Positions 14,083 through 26,049 of a DNA stretch of 64,000 bases are shown here, piece after piece. Both the position numbers and the translations under genes were made by a program. Below the pieces are notes generated by a model. That model saw only the letters and a program-made list of their open reading frames with translations. It was not told the DNA's origin and ran no database searches. How positions within the stretch are numbered: position 1 is the stretch's first letter; every line of letters starts with the position of its first letter. The DNA is from the human T2T-CHM13v2.0 reference genome, Homo sapiens. Where the stretch lies: assembly GCF_009914755.1 (NCBI RefSeq), contig NC_060928.1; one strand, 5' to 3'.

Positions 14083-16024
14083 CTTGATTGTATAAGTACA
14101 AAACTAAAAATTCTACAAAACACCTGTAATAACTAACAATTTAACTTAGCAAAGTCACAGAATACAATGTGGAAATATATAATGCAATAGTATATTTATT
14201 TATTGGCACAAATAATTCAAAAACAAAATAACATATATGATTTTCAATGAAATCAGAAAATATGAGGTATTTTAAGGTAAAAAATAAATGCACTGAAAAC
14301 AACAAAATATTAATGAAAGTGGAGACTGCAATAAATTGAGAGATACACTATGTTCATGGATCAGAAGACTAGACATTAATGTATTATTTCTTCTTCCAGA
14401 TAAGCCTATAGATTTAATGTAATTGTAATTAAGTTCCCAGCATGCTTTTTAAGAAATTGACAAGGATATTAATAATTTATAAAATAAAAAACATAACCTA
14501 CAGGAGCCAAAGCAATTTAAAAAGGAGGAGGAGGAGAAAAATAGTGACAAATTTGCAGAAATCACAGTACTTGATTTTCACAATTATAAATCTACCGTTA
14601 TGAATTAAGGTGATGTGGTTGTGGTGAAAGGAAGGACATCTAGATCAATGAGGCATAAGGTAGAGTCCACAAATAGACCCATACATATATGGTAAAGTAA
14701 TTTTTGACTAATGTGTAAAAATAAATCAATGAGAAAAAATATTTTAAATAAATGGTACTTTAACAACTGAGTATCCCTATGAAGAGAAAAAAATGAAACT
14801 TGACTATATGATACAAAATATAAATGAGTAATTATTATATTTCATAAAAGCTATAACTATAAATTTCTAGAAGAAACATTGTGATCTTGGGGTAGGCAAA
14901 AATTTTTTAAATATAAAAAGCTTGAAAATGAATAATTAATTGGAGTTTATTCAATTATAAATTAAAAGCAAACAAAAACTACTCTATTCATAAGACAACA
15001 TTTCAAAAATAAAAAGACAAGCCACAAACTGAAAGCAAATGTTTACAAATCAAAGCTGATAAAGGTTAAGTGTCCAGAATTTATAAAGATCTCTTGCAAA
15101 TCAACACTAAATATACCAACTTTGTTGAAAATGGAGAAGATATTTGAACAATTTGTGTAAGAACATGTAAGGATGGCCATTTAACATATAAAAAGATTAC
15201 ATTCTTAGTAATAAGAGAATTGCAAATTAGAAGCACGATGTGATACAAGCACACAATTTAATGGCTAAAACTTAAAAGGGTGAAAATGTCAAGTATTAGC
15301 CCCAAATCATCTTTATTAGTAACAGTCAAATGATTACCAACATGTAAATGGATAAATAATATGTGGTACATCTACTTTATTGGGTGATTTATGAAAATAA
15401 CAAAGATTAGTGGGAAGAGCCCATGGCTTCCAGTTTGAATAAAGATGGAAATCATTACAAGCAATTTTCTTTAAGTTATAAATATAATTTATAAATATAT
15501 GATAAGGTGATCCCCTAGAAGATATTCAGGCATAAATTACCTCATAATAAATGACTGTGCAGGAAATAGAATGGAAATAAGAATTAAGAGAAAGAAATGA
15601 TGCAAAATATTCAATTGCTAAATAAGAACTTATTTTACATATTTAGATGAATTAAGTGGACATTGAATTGCTATGGTATTGAGATCACATTGGATGCTTT
15701 GAGAACAGTAAAAAATAACTGTGACTATTTAAACTTGAATGAAATTATTTTATATGACATTGGTAAAAAAGTAGAAGAGGTACATAGTTTTTCCAAATTC
15801 TTTGGGGAATGTTGAGACAAAACAATTTGGAGATCATTGTCTAATTGGAAAAAAAATGTTCTATGTCTAGCCTTCTTCTTATGATTGTTGTTTTAGGCAA
15901 TTTGCAGTACTCAAAAAAGGCAGTGTCAATGTCAACCATACATAAATATATATAAACATATTAAACAACTTTTGTTAATTATACGTTTTTCATCATGTAT
16001 AAAATAAAAATTTCAAATCATTAG

Positions 16025-16156
16025 TTAATGTACATAAGCACCATAAAGCAGAGATTTTTGCCTATCTTGTTTCATGAAGTATCCCAAATACCTATTACAC
16101 TGTCAGAAACCTTTTAGTTGCCTAATAAATATTTGCTAATAAATTGAATGAATGAT
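16025..16156 (+). mobile_element. L2 3' end
   Basis: aataaatatttgctaataaattgaatgaatga terminus. Confidence 0.65.
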
Positions 16157-16239
16157 AAAATGTGACTCCAAGAAGGATTGAATGCTTACTTAATATGGCA
16201 CAGTAGACAGTAATTCAAATTTTTCTAGATGCTGACACC

Positions 16240-19040
16240 AGCAACATAGAAGAATAGGAGGATTCTAACTATCCCTCCTCCCACAGACACACCAAATTAA
16301 CATCTACACATGAAACAATTATTTCCAAGAGAATGACAGAATTTAGTTGAAAGACTCCTACACACTGGAGAATTGAGAAAATACACACATCAAAATGAGT
16401 AGGAAAGGCAGATATAAACCACCAAGCCCACCCTGAGCACTGTGCCTTACGATCAGGAAGAAATCCCCAACTCCTAGCTGCATCTAGAGGGATGAAGGAT
16501 TTGTACCACACATATCACTATGTTTATAATCTCTACCAGACAGCTTGTCTATTAAATTACCTTGCTTGAGGAGCAGCAGGAAAAGGATATCAGAGGATTT
16601 CCTTCAAGCAAAAAGAACAAAGAGGAGTTTTAATCCACACAACTATTCCCAGTATCTGTATACCTCGGATCAATCCAGCTTTCAACTTCTAGAAAGAGTT
16701 TGGATACACAGATTTCCAGAAGCTCCCTGTGATCCTGGCCTCAAGGATAAACCTCCTCAACCCTAAATAAGAGAGGCAGCAATTTCTGTGCCTTTGTCCT
16801 TACGTTTCTCTAGTGATAAATCCCTGCAATCTTTCATTGGAAGGAGGACGGGCTACCTTGCTGTGCTGAACTGGAAGCTCAATGGATACCTACTGAATGA
16901 ATCCAAGGAGATCCACATCAATGCATCATAAATCAGACTGTCAAAAATTATGGACAAAGAGAGGATACTGAAAGGACAAGGGGAAAGCAAATCATTACAT
17001 ATGAGGGAGATTTCATAAGACTATCAATGGGTTTTTCAGCAATAATCTTGTAGGTCAGAAGGGACTGAGATAATATAGTCAAAAAGCTAGAAGAAAAACA
17101 ACTGTCAACCAAGAATATTATACCCAGCAATACTATTTTTCAAAACTGAAAAAGAGATAAAACCTTTCTTAAACAAACAGAAATTGAGGCACTTTATCAC
17201 TGCTAGTTCTGCCTTACAACAAATGCTGAAAGCATTCCTTCAACATAAAGGAAAAGGTCACTAAATAGCAATAGGAAAATATATAAAAATATTTTAAAAA
17301 CTCACTGGTAAAAGCGTACACAGAAAGAAGTAAAAGACATTTACACATGAAAGGAAGAAATGAAATTTTATCTGTATGCCAATGACATAATCTTATACAT
17401 AGAAAATCCTATCAACTCCACTGAATAACTGTTAGAACTGATTTTAAAAATTCAGTAGGGGTGCAGGTTACAAAGTCATTACGCAAAATCAATGGTGTTT
17501 CTATATACTAACAACAAACTATCCATAAAACAGACTAAGAAAACAATCTTATTTAAAATTGTATCACGAAAAAATAAAATACTTAGGAGTAAATTTAACC
17601 AAGCAGGTAAAATATCTGTACATTAAAAACTACAAAACATTGATGAAAAACTGAAGACAACACAAATAAGTGAAAATATATTTTATATTCATGGACTGAA
17701 GGATTAATACTGTTAAAGTAGCCATACCACTCAAGGCAATCTACAAACTTAATACAATTCCTATCAAAATTCTGATGTGATTTTTCACAGAAAAAGGCAA
17801 AACAATTTTAAAATTTGCATGGAATCAGAAGAGACCCCAGATAGCCAAAGAAATCTTGAGCAAAAAAAAGAGCAAAGCTGGAGGCATCACACTATCTTAT
17901 ATCAAAATGTATTATGAATCAATCATAATCAAAACAGCATGGAACTGGAATTAAAACAGACACACTGACCAATGGAACCAATTAGAAAGCCCAGAAGTAA
18001 GCCCAAGTATTTATGATCAATTGATTTTTTGGCAAAGGTGTCAAGAACACACAATGATAAAAAGACAGTCTATTCAATAAATGTTGTTGGGAAAAATAGG
18101 ATATCCACATGCAGAAGAATAAAATTGGACTATTAACTTACACCCTACAGAAAAATTAACTGAAAATGGATTAAAGACTTAACGTAAGACCTGAAACTGT
18201 TTAAAACTGCTAGAAGAAAACATAGGGGGAAGTCCATGTCATTGACTTCAGCAATTATTTCTTGGATAGGACCCCAAAAGCATGGAAAAGAAAATCAAAA
18301 TTAGACAAATAGGATGGCATCAAACCAAAATGCTTCTGCACAGCAAAGAAAACAATCAAGAGTTACAAAACAATCCGTGTACCGGGAGAAAATATTTGCA
18401 AACCACACATCTGTTAAGGTGCTAATATGAAAAATATCTAAGAGACTCAAACAACTCAATAACAAGAAAACAAGCAACCTGATTTAAAAATGGGCCAAGG
18501 ACCCAAAGAGAGAGTCCTCAAAATAAAACATGCTATTAGACAAAGGATATGTTTAAAAATGTTCAGCATCTTTAATCATGAGGGATATGAAAATTAAAGC
18601 TGCAATGAGATATCACCTCCCACATGTTAGAATGGCAATTATCAAGAAGACAAAAGATAAGTGTTGGTGAGGTTGTGCAGAAAAAGGATACCTGGTGTTC
18701 TGTTCATGGGAATGTAAATTAGTATAGCCATTTTTAAAAACAGTATGGAGATTCCTCAAAAAACAAAACATGGAATTACCATATGATCCACAATCTCACT
18801 TCTGGATATATATCCGTAAAGATTGAGATCAGTATATCAAGGAAATGTCTGCACTCCCATGTTCATTCTGGCATTGTCTACAAAAGCAAAGATATGGCAA
18901 CAACCTAAGTATCCATCAATGGATAAATGGATACAGAAAATGTAGTATACATAAAATAGAATAATATACATGCTTTAAAAAGAAGGAAATTCTGCCATGT
19001 GCAACAATATGGATGAAACTAGAGGACATTGTGGTAAGTC
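16240..19040 (+). mobile_element. L1MA-type LINE with internal deletions
   Basis: ORF1 C-terminal-like segment (aaccaagaatattatacccagcaa, ~17110) joined at ~17330 to the ORF2 3' portion, ending in gcaacaatatggatgaaactagaggacatt. Confidence 0.85.
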
Positions 19041-19279
19041 ACATTTCAAACGCTAATTCATCTGTGAAGCATTCTTCATTTACTTGCTCCCTAAGTAACT
19101 TGCCTCTTGAGGAATTGTTCAAAATATTTTTTGCAACTTGCTTATGGCTCTTACCATTTATCATCTTGTATTCTGTTAATTTTTAAAACCTACTAAACTG
19201 TAAATCCCTTTGAATCAAGAAACATGCCTTTTCATTTTCTTCTTAAGTTGCTTTGTTTCATTCCTTGAGTATCTATGTA

Positions 19280-19530
19280 ACATTGAGATTGAGGTTACAG
19301 GTTCTGTCATTGGACTGCCTAGGTTCAAATTTCACTCTCCTACTTCAAGAGTGAGATTTTAGGCAACATTCTTGACTACAGAGTAATTCCATTTCCTCTC
19401 TACTATCTATCTATGCTGTGGATAAAATATGGGCAATAACAGTACCAAGCTCATAGAGTTGTTGTAAGAATTAATTTATACAAGTATATTGACTTGAAAC
19501 AATGTTTAGAATAGAGGAAAATCCTTATTA
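19280..19530 (+). mobile_element. MIR
   Basis: gactgcctaggttcaaat...taaaatatgggcaataacagtacc...agagttgttgtaagaattaa. Confidence 0.65.
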
Positions 19531-20136
19531 TTGATAACATTTATTACTGTACAGGTTGTAGATAATCAAATGATATTTAAGTATGAGTAAATAAGTTACA
19601 ACCAAACATTTTAAAATTTTCATCAGGGAAATTTTCATAAACATAAAATAGAATTATATTAAATAATTAACTACCATCTTTCCCAATAGTTTTCAAGATT
19701 TTGCCACACTGGTATCAAAAGGTGTCTCATGACCCTCTTTTCTATGGAATATTATAAGCCAAATACCAGATATCATAATTTCCCTTAAGGACATGTTTTT
19801 TAAAAGCTAAATCACAAAATAATGATGAATAAAATTATACATTAAGTACCTATTATCTGGGAGAAAATTAGGGAATATTATCAAATCTCTTTTCTCTGAA
19901 TTATCTAATAATCTTAGGGAAAGGATTTTGGTCTCAAATATTTTGACAAATTTTGTTCATATTCACATATTTAGTCTCTAATAAAAGCCATAAGACCTGC
20001 AACTTACTAAAATAATCATAAAAAATCATTGTAGTTGAAAACTCTTCTATTGTTTCTAATTAAAAAACAATTTTAGTTGAAAATTCTTCTTTTGTTTCTA
20101 ATTCTGAATCCTATAGTTTTAATAAGTATATCTATT

Positions 20137-20254
20137 ATTTTATAATTGCTATATGCTGTCTACATATAGCAATTATACAATATAAATTATACAATTATAG
20201 CAATTATACAATATAAATTATACAATTTTATAATTGCTATATGCTGTCTACATA
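20137..20254. repeat. Compound direct/inverted/tandem micro-repeat
   Basis: 30 bp direct repeat (20137-20166, 20225-20254), perfect 15 bp stem (20141-20155 / 20163-20177), and 31 bp tandem x2 (20165-20226). Confidence 0.9.
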
Positions 20255-20419
20255 GCAAAAACACAAGACCCTGATTCATACACAGACACATACACATACA
20301 TAGTAGGACCTACTAGATTTTAATGTTTTTGAGCCAAGCAGCATGGTTCCATATATCTCTCATAGTACCAGGTATACTGGTAAGGTAATCAGATAATATT
20401 ATAAATTGAATGCTGAAGA

Positions 20420-20487
20420 ATATATATATATAGTTGCTCATTATATATATATATATATTTGTGTTTGTGTGTGTGTGTGTGTGTGTA
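20420..20487. repeat. (TA)n/(TG)n compound microsatellite
   Basis: Directly visible. Confidence 0.9.
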
Positions 20488-20950
20488 TTACATAAATACA
20501 TACTGCTTCATGGCTTTTACTCATATTTTAACATCAGAATTATTTTGGGTAGTTCTAGACCTATGGATGCTGATCAGTTGACACTTGTCTTGTTAGTATT
20601 TGGTTCTTTCAATAAAGGATTATTTGCTCCTAATTCTTATTCAAAGTATTTTAAAATTTTTATAAATGAACACTATATTGTTCAATAAATAGCAAGTAGC
20701 AGTAAAATAATATAATACAGATTCATTTTGTTATTTTTGGAATCATATATGAATGTATCTAGATAGTTTCCAACACTATATTGAACTTTACAGGTTTTTC
20801 TAAAATTTATTTCCTTAAAATGCAATAGTTAATATTAAAATTACATATATATAAATATAGGAAAATTAAGTGCAAAAATGATGGTGAATATATTTCTCCA
20901 AAGACTTTTATTGGTGGATAATGAATTCTTTTCTAAATATATTTAAAATA

Positions 20951-21095
20951 ATTTTTTTTTAATTTGTGTATTTTTAGTAGAGACGGGGTTTCGCCATGTT
21001 GGGCAGCCTGGTCTCGAATTCCTGACCTCAAGTGATCTGCCTGCCTTAGCCTCCCAAAGTGCTGGGATTAGAGGCATGAGCCACCAGGCCCAGCC
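20951..21095 (-). mobile_element. Alu left monomer
   Basis: gtagagacggggtttcgccatgtt...gagccaccaggcccagcc with no right arm. Confidence 0.88.
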
Positions 21096-21252
21096 CCTAA
21101 ATACATTATTTTTTAATATAAGAGCAGATAAACAGTAGTTGAAATATTCTTTTAAAATTGTATGGATACACATAGAACCTAGCAATTTAAGATAGGAAAC
21201 TAGGGCTGGAGCACCTGAAAGAGTTTCCATGTTAACAACAATTAAGCAGAAA

Positions 21253-21470
21253 ATAAATGATTAACTTTATGGGTAATCAACTTAGCTTTCCATAAGTCAT
21301 CAGCTTTTTCAAAAGATTACATTTCTTTCATTAGTTGGCTACTTTATGTGTCTTAAATCAACATACAACTGGGGATTAGGTTAATGGTTCTACTTATTTT
21401 GTGCAATAATTCTGCCTACTCACCTATGACTGATAACTAAGTATAAATACAGTATCTCAAGTCATGCTGT
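21253..21470 (+). promoter_or_regulatory. ANXA10: ANXA10 proximal promoter (TATA box with HNF1-, C/EBP- and GATA-like motifs)
   Basis: TATAAA 21442-21447, TGATAA 21431-21436, TTGTGCAAT 21399-21407, GGTTAATGGTTCTAC 21379-21393, ATAAATGATTAAC 21253-21265. Motif function is inferred. Confidence 0.7.
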
Positions 21471-21584
21471 ATCCAGATTTGCTTTTACATTTTCTTGCCT
21501 GAGTCTGAGGTGAACAGTGAACATATTTACATTTGATTTAACAGTGAACCTTAATTCTTTCTGGCTTCACAGTGAAACAAGTTT

Positions 21585-21614
21585 ATGCAATCGATCAAAT
21601 ATTTTCATCCCTGA
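21585..21614 (+). other. Upstream ORF MQSIKYFHP* in the ANXA10 5'UTR
   Basis: ATG CAA TCG ATC AAA TAT TTT CAT CCC TGA. It is the only ATG between 21471 and the main ATG. Translation not shown. Confidence 0.55.
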
Positions 21615-21634
21615 GGTTAACAATTACCATCAAA

Positions 21635-21652
21635 ATGTTTTGTGGAGACTAT
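21635..21652 (+). CDS. ANXA10: Annexin A10 coding exon 1 (MFCGDY)
   Basis: caaaATG TTT TGT GGA GAC TAT|gtgagt. Splices in phase 0 to 57135 to give MFCGDYVQGTIFPAPNFNPIMDAQMLGGALQGF, the annexin A10 N-terminus as I recall it. Confidence 0.96.
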
Positions 21653-21781
21653 GTGAGTATAATGCTTATTTCTGTAAAGCTTTTCACTCTTTTGAAACTT
21701 GATTTATAAAATTTCATTTGTGTTTTTTGACGTTTTTAACAGAAAATGTTGTTCTAATTTGTTTTTATTCTTACTACTTTC

Positions 21782-21965
21782 TTACTATTTTATGCCCATT
21801 TTTTGAAAGAAACATTTATAGAATATTTAAATTTTATTTCTGGGATTATTAAACATTACTATGATAACAAGATTTTTTTAATGCAATTATTTGCTATGCT
21901 TCTGAAGCAAATAAAGAAAACTGAAGATTAAAGATTTGGATTTGAGCATACCTAAGAATCCATTT
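21782..21965 (+). repeat. Local direct duplication, copy 1
   Basis: Matches 23046-23235. 21880-21965 is identical to 23150-23235. Confidence 0.95.
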
Positions 21966-22498
21966 AATTAGTGGGTCTTCAATATAACTATTAAACAGAG
22001 TTAATATTATGAAATCTTAAATCCATGCTAATTTTGAAACAACGTATTATCCCACAGAGGCAAGTTACTTTCATATGTAATTTGATTCAGAATTCTAACT
22101 GAAGTTATCATAAGATTTTTTATCTCGATATTTACTTCTATCTATAAAAAATTAAAATAATTTTGACTATTAATTTTATTTTAAATCCATGCTTTCTGTA
22201 AAAGATAGCTTATTTTTGAATAATTTTCTGTTGAAGCAATGTATAACAAGATTTAGTCTTTTTTTTGGCCTTGTCTGAATCATTTTAGTCCAACTGCTCT
22301 AATAGTCATTCACTTTTTAAAAAGCCAACATGAACATTAAGTTGTCTGAATATGCTTTATATGAAAAGGTCTCCATTTCACATGGTCTTGAAAATTATAT
22401 ACAAATGTGAATTTATGCCTTGTGGTCTTAGAAATTATATACAAGTATATGTGTGTTAATGATGATTCTTTACAAATCTATACTATAAAAAAACTTTC

Positions 22499-22620
22499 AG
22501 GAGACTGAGGCAAGAGAATGGCGTGAACCCGGGAGGCGGAGCTTGCAGTGAGCCGAGATCGCGCCACTGCACTCCAGCCTGGGCGACAGAGCGAGACTCC
22601 ATCTCAAAAAACAAAAAACA
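22499..22620 (+). mobile_element. 5'-truncated AluY
   Basis: AluY-diagnostic gaatggcgtgaacccgggaggcggagcttgcagtg, CpG-rich. TSD-like aactttc on both sides. Confidence 0.9.
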
Positions 22621-23045
22621 ACTTTCTGGGAACTTTTATGCAAAAAAATTATAACATAATTATTTTGTTAAACTTTGGCACACAAAACATTGTTTACTCA
22701 TACAAAGTAATCAATGCAGGAAAATTTTACTTATATATTGTGTTTCTTAAGATAAATACTGAATTAGGACTTAAAAGGCAGCTATTTTCCATCACTGTTA
22801 GTTTAACAATCTTAATTTCATCTTAAGATTTCAAGATCTCATTTTGCAGTTGAAAGTTACCATTATTGTTTTATTAATTGTAAGGTGGTTATATTTCACT
22901 ACAGAGAAAAAAAGGTATCAAGTAATTAGGCCAGCATGGTAAATGATTAAATTTGCAAATGCCTATTGTTTTCTCTCTCTGTTCATTTGAGTATAGTTAT
23001 TTGGGAGTAATTACTATTATATTCTATGCATTGTGTGGTCTAATG

Positions 23046-23235
23046 TTACTATTTATATGCCCATTTTTCAAAAGAAACATATTTTATAGAATATTTAAAT
23101 TATATTTCTGGGATTATTAAACATTACCAGGCTAACAAGATTTTTTTTAAATGCAATTATTTGCTATGCTTCTGAAGCAAATAAAGAAAACTGAAGATTA
23201 AAGATTTGGATTTGAGCATACCTAAGAATCCATTT
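23046..23235 (+). repeat. Local direct duplication, copy 2
   Basis: See copy 1; offset ~1270 bp. Confidence 0.95.
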
Positions 23236-24624
23236 TAAGTACTTTTGATTAGCTATTTTAGAGATGAATGTTATGTTTTATGTATAATCTCAGCAAGCCT
23301 GGATGGTAAAATGGTTTTACATAATCAATATCAGTATAGTTTAAAGTAATTTTCTATCTTAAGGTATATGACCCCAGTGGTCAGAATTTAGTGCTAAAAA
23401 GGCCAATATTTGAGGCCAAGCTTATCTCTTTAATCGGATGTTCTCAAGCAAGAGACTGGCTCTTCTGTTGACAAGTAATTTCTTATTTTATAATGTGGGT
23501 AGTAATCGACTGAGTTGTTTGTTAAAGATATGTCCCTAGATCCTCCTTATTTAGCAGTCCTGATGCAGTATATATAACATCTGAACTTATACACTTGATA
23601 TAAAAGGGTTACCATTTTTGAGAACCACAGAGATAGGTAGTTCATTACTCTCAAAGTATAGAAAATTTAAATATACTTCAAGCAAGAGACAAGAATCATG
23701 GAAAAATGGTTACATTTCTGTAGGAGATAAACATACATAATATGTTAAAATTATTTTCTATATTTCTGGAGTTAGGCGGGCCCCAGTGATTAAGGTAGTT
23801 TAAGTGTGCTTGTTACATTAAGAAGGAAATTTATCTTTGGTGCACTAGTGTATTTTACTTATGTGCTTGACTGTAAGACCATCTTTCAAAAGCAAGGTTT
23901 AATTAAGAGATTATTGCAAGCCTGAGTTTTGATATATTAGTCAGATATAAATCACATCATAGGAAGATATTATTATAATATTATAATAGCTCTCTTAGAA
24001 TGGAGGAAATTTTACTATACAGTGTACTTGCCCAAGTCAGGATCTAAACCCAGGTATCTCTACATCCCTAGAGCTCAAATTCTTTTTATTAATATATAAT
24101 GTCTCTTTAGAATACACCTGCCTCTTTAGAATACAATTTTCTTGTAAAAATTGTTCGCTGATTTTGTCCTGTTTTGTCATCAGCTGATCCCCCTTGTTCA
24201 TACAGTAGCATCTTATTTACTATAGATTCATTTCTTAGATGATACCCTTCCTTTTGACCTCTAATAGGATTAGAGTTAACTTTAATCCTATTCCCTTTTC
24301 TACCCCTTTGACACCTTTTCCTACTTCTATAATATTTATTGACTGACAGAAAATGTTAATCATAGCAGTATGAAAAGTAGGATACATGTTGATATCATAT
24401 TTCTTACCTAAAATAGCATTATGTATTATACAAACATATAGAAATTATTATAATAATTTACTGTCTATATACATCATCCATACCTTGTTTAATTTAATCT
24501 TCACAGCAAATTGTCCTATAAGAATACCATTTAACATGCAAAGGTTTGAAGTTCTTTTGGAGGTACTAGATATTCTACCCAAATGTTTTATACATATTAT
24601 TTTTGTGTTTGCAAACTTCTAGGA

Positions 24625-24730
24625 CAGTATTATCATCCCCTTTTTCCAGATGAAAATACTAAGGTTCAGAAAAATTAAATACTTTTCCCAGGAGTTAAAA
24701 GCCAGTAGGTGACAGATACATAGGATTCTG
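24625..24730 (-). mobile_element. MIR fragment
   Basis: tattatcatcccctttttccagatgaaaatactaaggttcaga. Confidence 0.65.
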
Positions 24731-25489
24731 TGTAACTCCAAAATCATTTCTACCACACTGAGAGAAAAAAATGCCTAGGTATGATTATTTTTTGTGACCC
24801 CAATTAAATGAGAAAAACTTAGCAGCGGTATCTTTACAAAGATGCTTTGACTCATGAGTTTGCCTCAGAATAGCTCAAGAGCACGAAAGTCAGGCAACAG
24901 CATGTTAGGCAGTGTCTACTATGGGCAATGAGACATACAGCATTTTAGCCTAACTAGAATAAAAATAAATGCATTGGTTTTTAGCAGTGGATTACATGTA
25001 GTGAAGGAAAAGCACTCCATAAATCAGAAATGAATTCAGGGCATATTACCTAGGAGTGATTGCAGACTGACAAGACATCTCATGGGAGGAGAGGCTGTTG
25101 ATAAGGCAAGATTATTTTCAAGACTGTCTTTTCCTATAGAAAGTAATTCCCAGGACAAAAACTTCCATCCAAGAAATCTGACTTTGATTGTTTATCTGCA
25201 GTATGACTTACTGAGCAAATATTATTAAAAGGTTATTCATACTTCAGATTGCTTTTCACTATCACAAGACTACATTGTCTGAACTTTACACACTTTGATT
25301 CAACAAAAGTTTTGAATCATGCTGTTATGGCTTCAACTTTTACTGAAACTTCTGTAGAACTAATAAGAGTTGGATTGGAAAAATTAAATTTAACTTTTTC
25401 CTTGAACTGGCATGCATGCTTGTTGTAAATTTTTAAAAATATACCATTATAACAACCATAGATTGGTTTTAATCTAGGGGCTGGGCAAA

Positions 25490-25715
25490 CATCACTGTAG
25501 CGTAGTGGCTAAAGATACACTTAAATCTAGCCTTTCTGCATAGGATCCATGGGACTGAGCACTACTTGCTGAATCTTTCTGCACCTCAATTTTTTTTAAC
25601 CTGTTAAGTGTGATAACAGCACCTATCTTATAAGGGTCTCTTGAGAATTGTTTGGCATATAAAGCACCAAGAAGAGTATCTGGAGCGTAGAAGCATCCCA
25701 AAAAGATGAGCTATT
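25490..25715 (+). mobile_element. MIR
   Basis: gtagcgtagtggctaa...tctttctgcacctcaattt...ataacagcacctatcttataaggg...aaagcacc. Confidence 0.6.
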
Positions 25716-25837
25716 ATTCACAGTACCAGTGCCAAAGCTTGAATCCGACTCTGTCTAATTCAAAAGCCCTGGCCTTCAGCTGCCCAATGCACTGCTTCTA
25801 GAGGGGAGGTTAAGTTTGTATCCATTACTAATACAAA

Positions 25838-25839
<2 letters not shown>

Positions 25840-25884
<45 letters not shown>

Positions 25885-25930
25885 ATGTATATACAATACA
25901 TACATAAGCATATATGTATGTGTATATATA
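25840..25930. repeat. (TA)n/(TATG)n microsatellite
   Basis: Directly visible. Confidence 0.9.
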
Positions 25931-26049
25931 CAACAGTCCCAAATTTTATAAAGAAATTTGAGAAACAACAAAAGTTTCACAAGGGGAAATATATTTTCTG
26001 TTGTACTTAGCATAATGTTTATTTATAAGTAGATTGTATCATGCAAAAA

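Larger units (their letters stand above)
21471..21652 (+). other. ANXA10: ANXA10 exon 1 (5'UTR + first 6 codons); TSS approximate
   Basis: Start inferred ~29 nt after the TATA box. Ends at donor TAT|GTGAGT (GT at 21653). Confidence 0.75.

Noticed and set aside
21517-21702. 61 aa ORF across ANXA10 exon 1
   Set aside because: Starts at a non-ATG codon, is out of frame with MFCGDY and runs through the splice donor.
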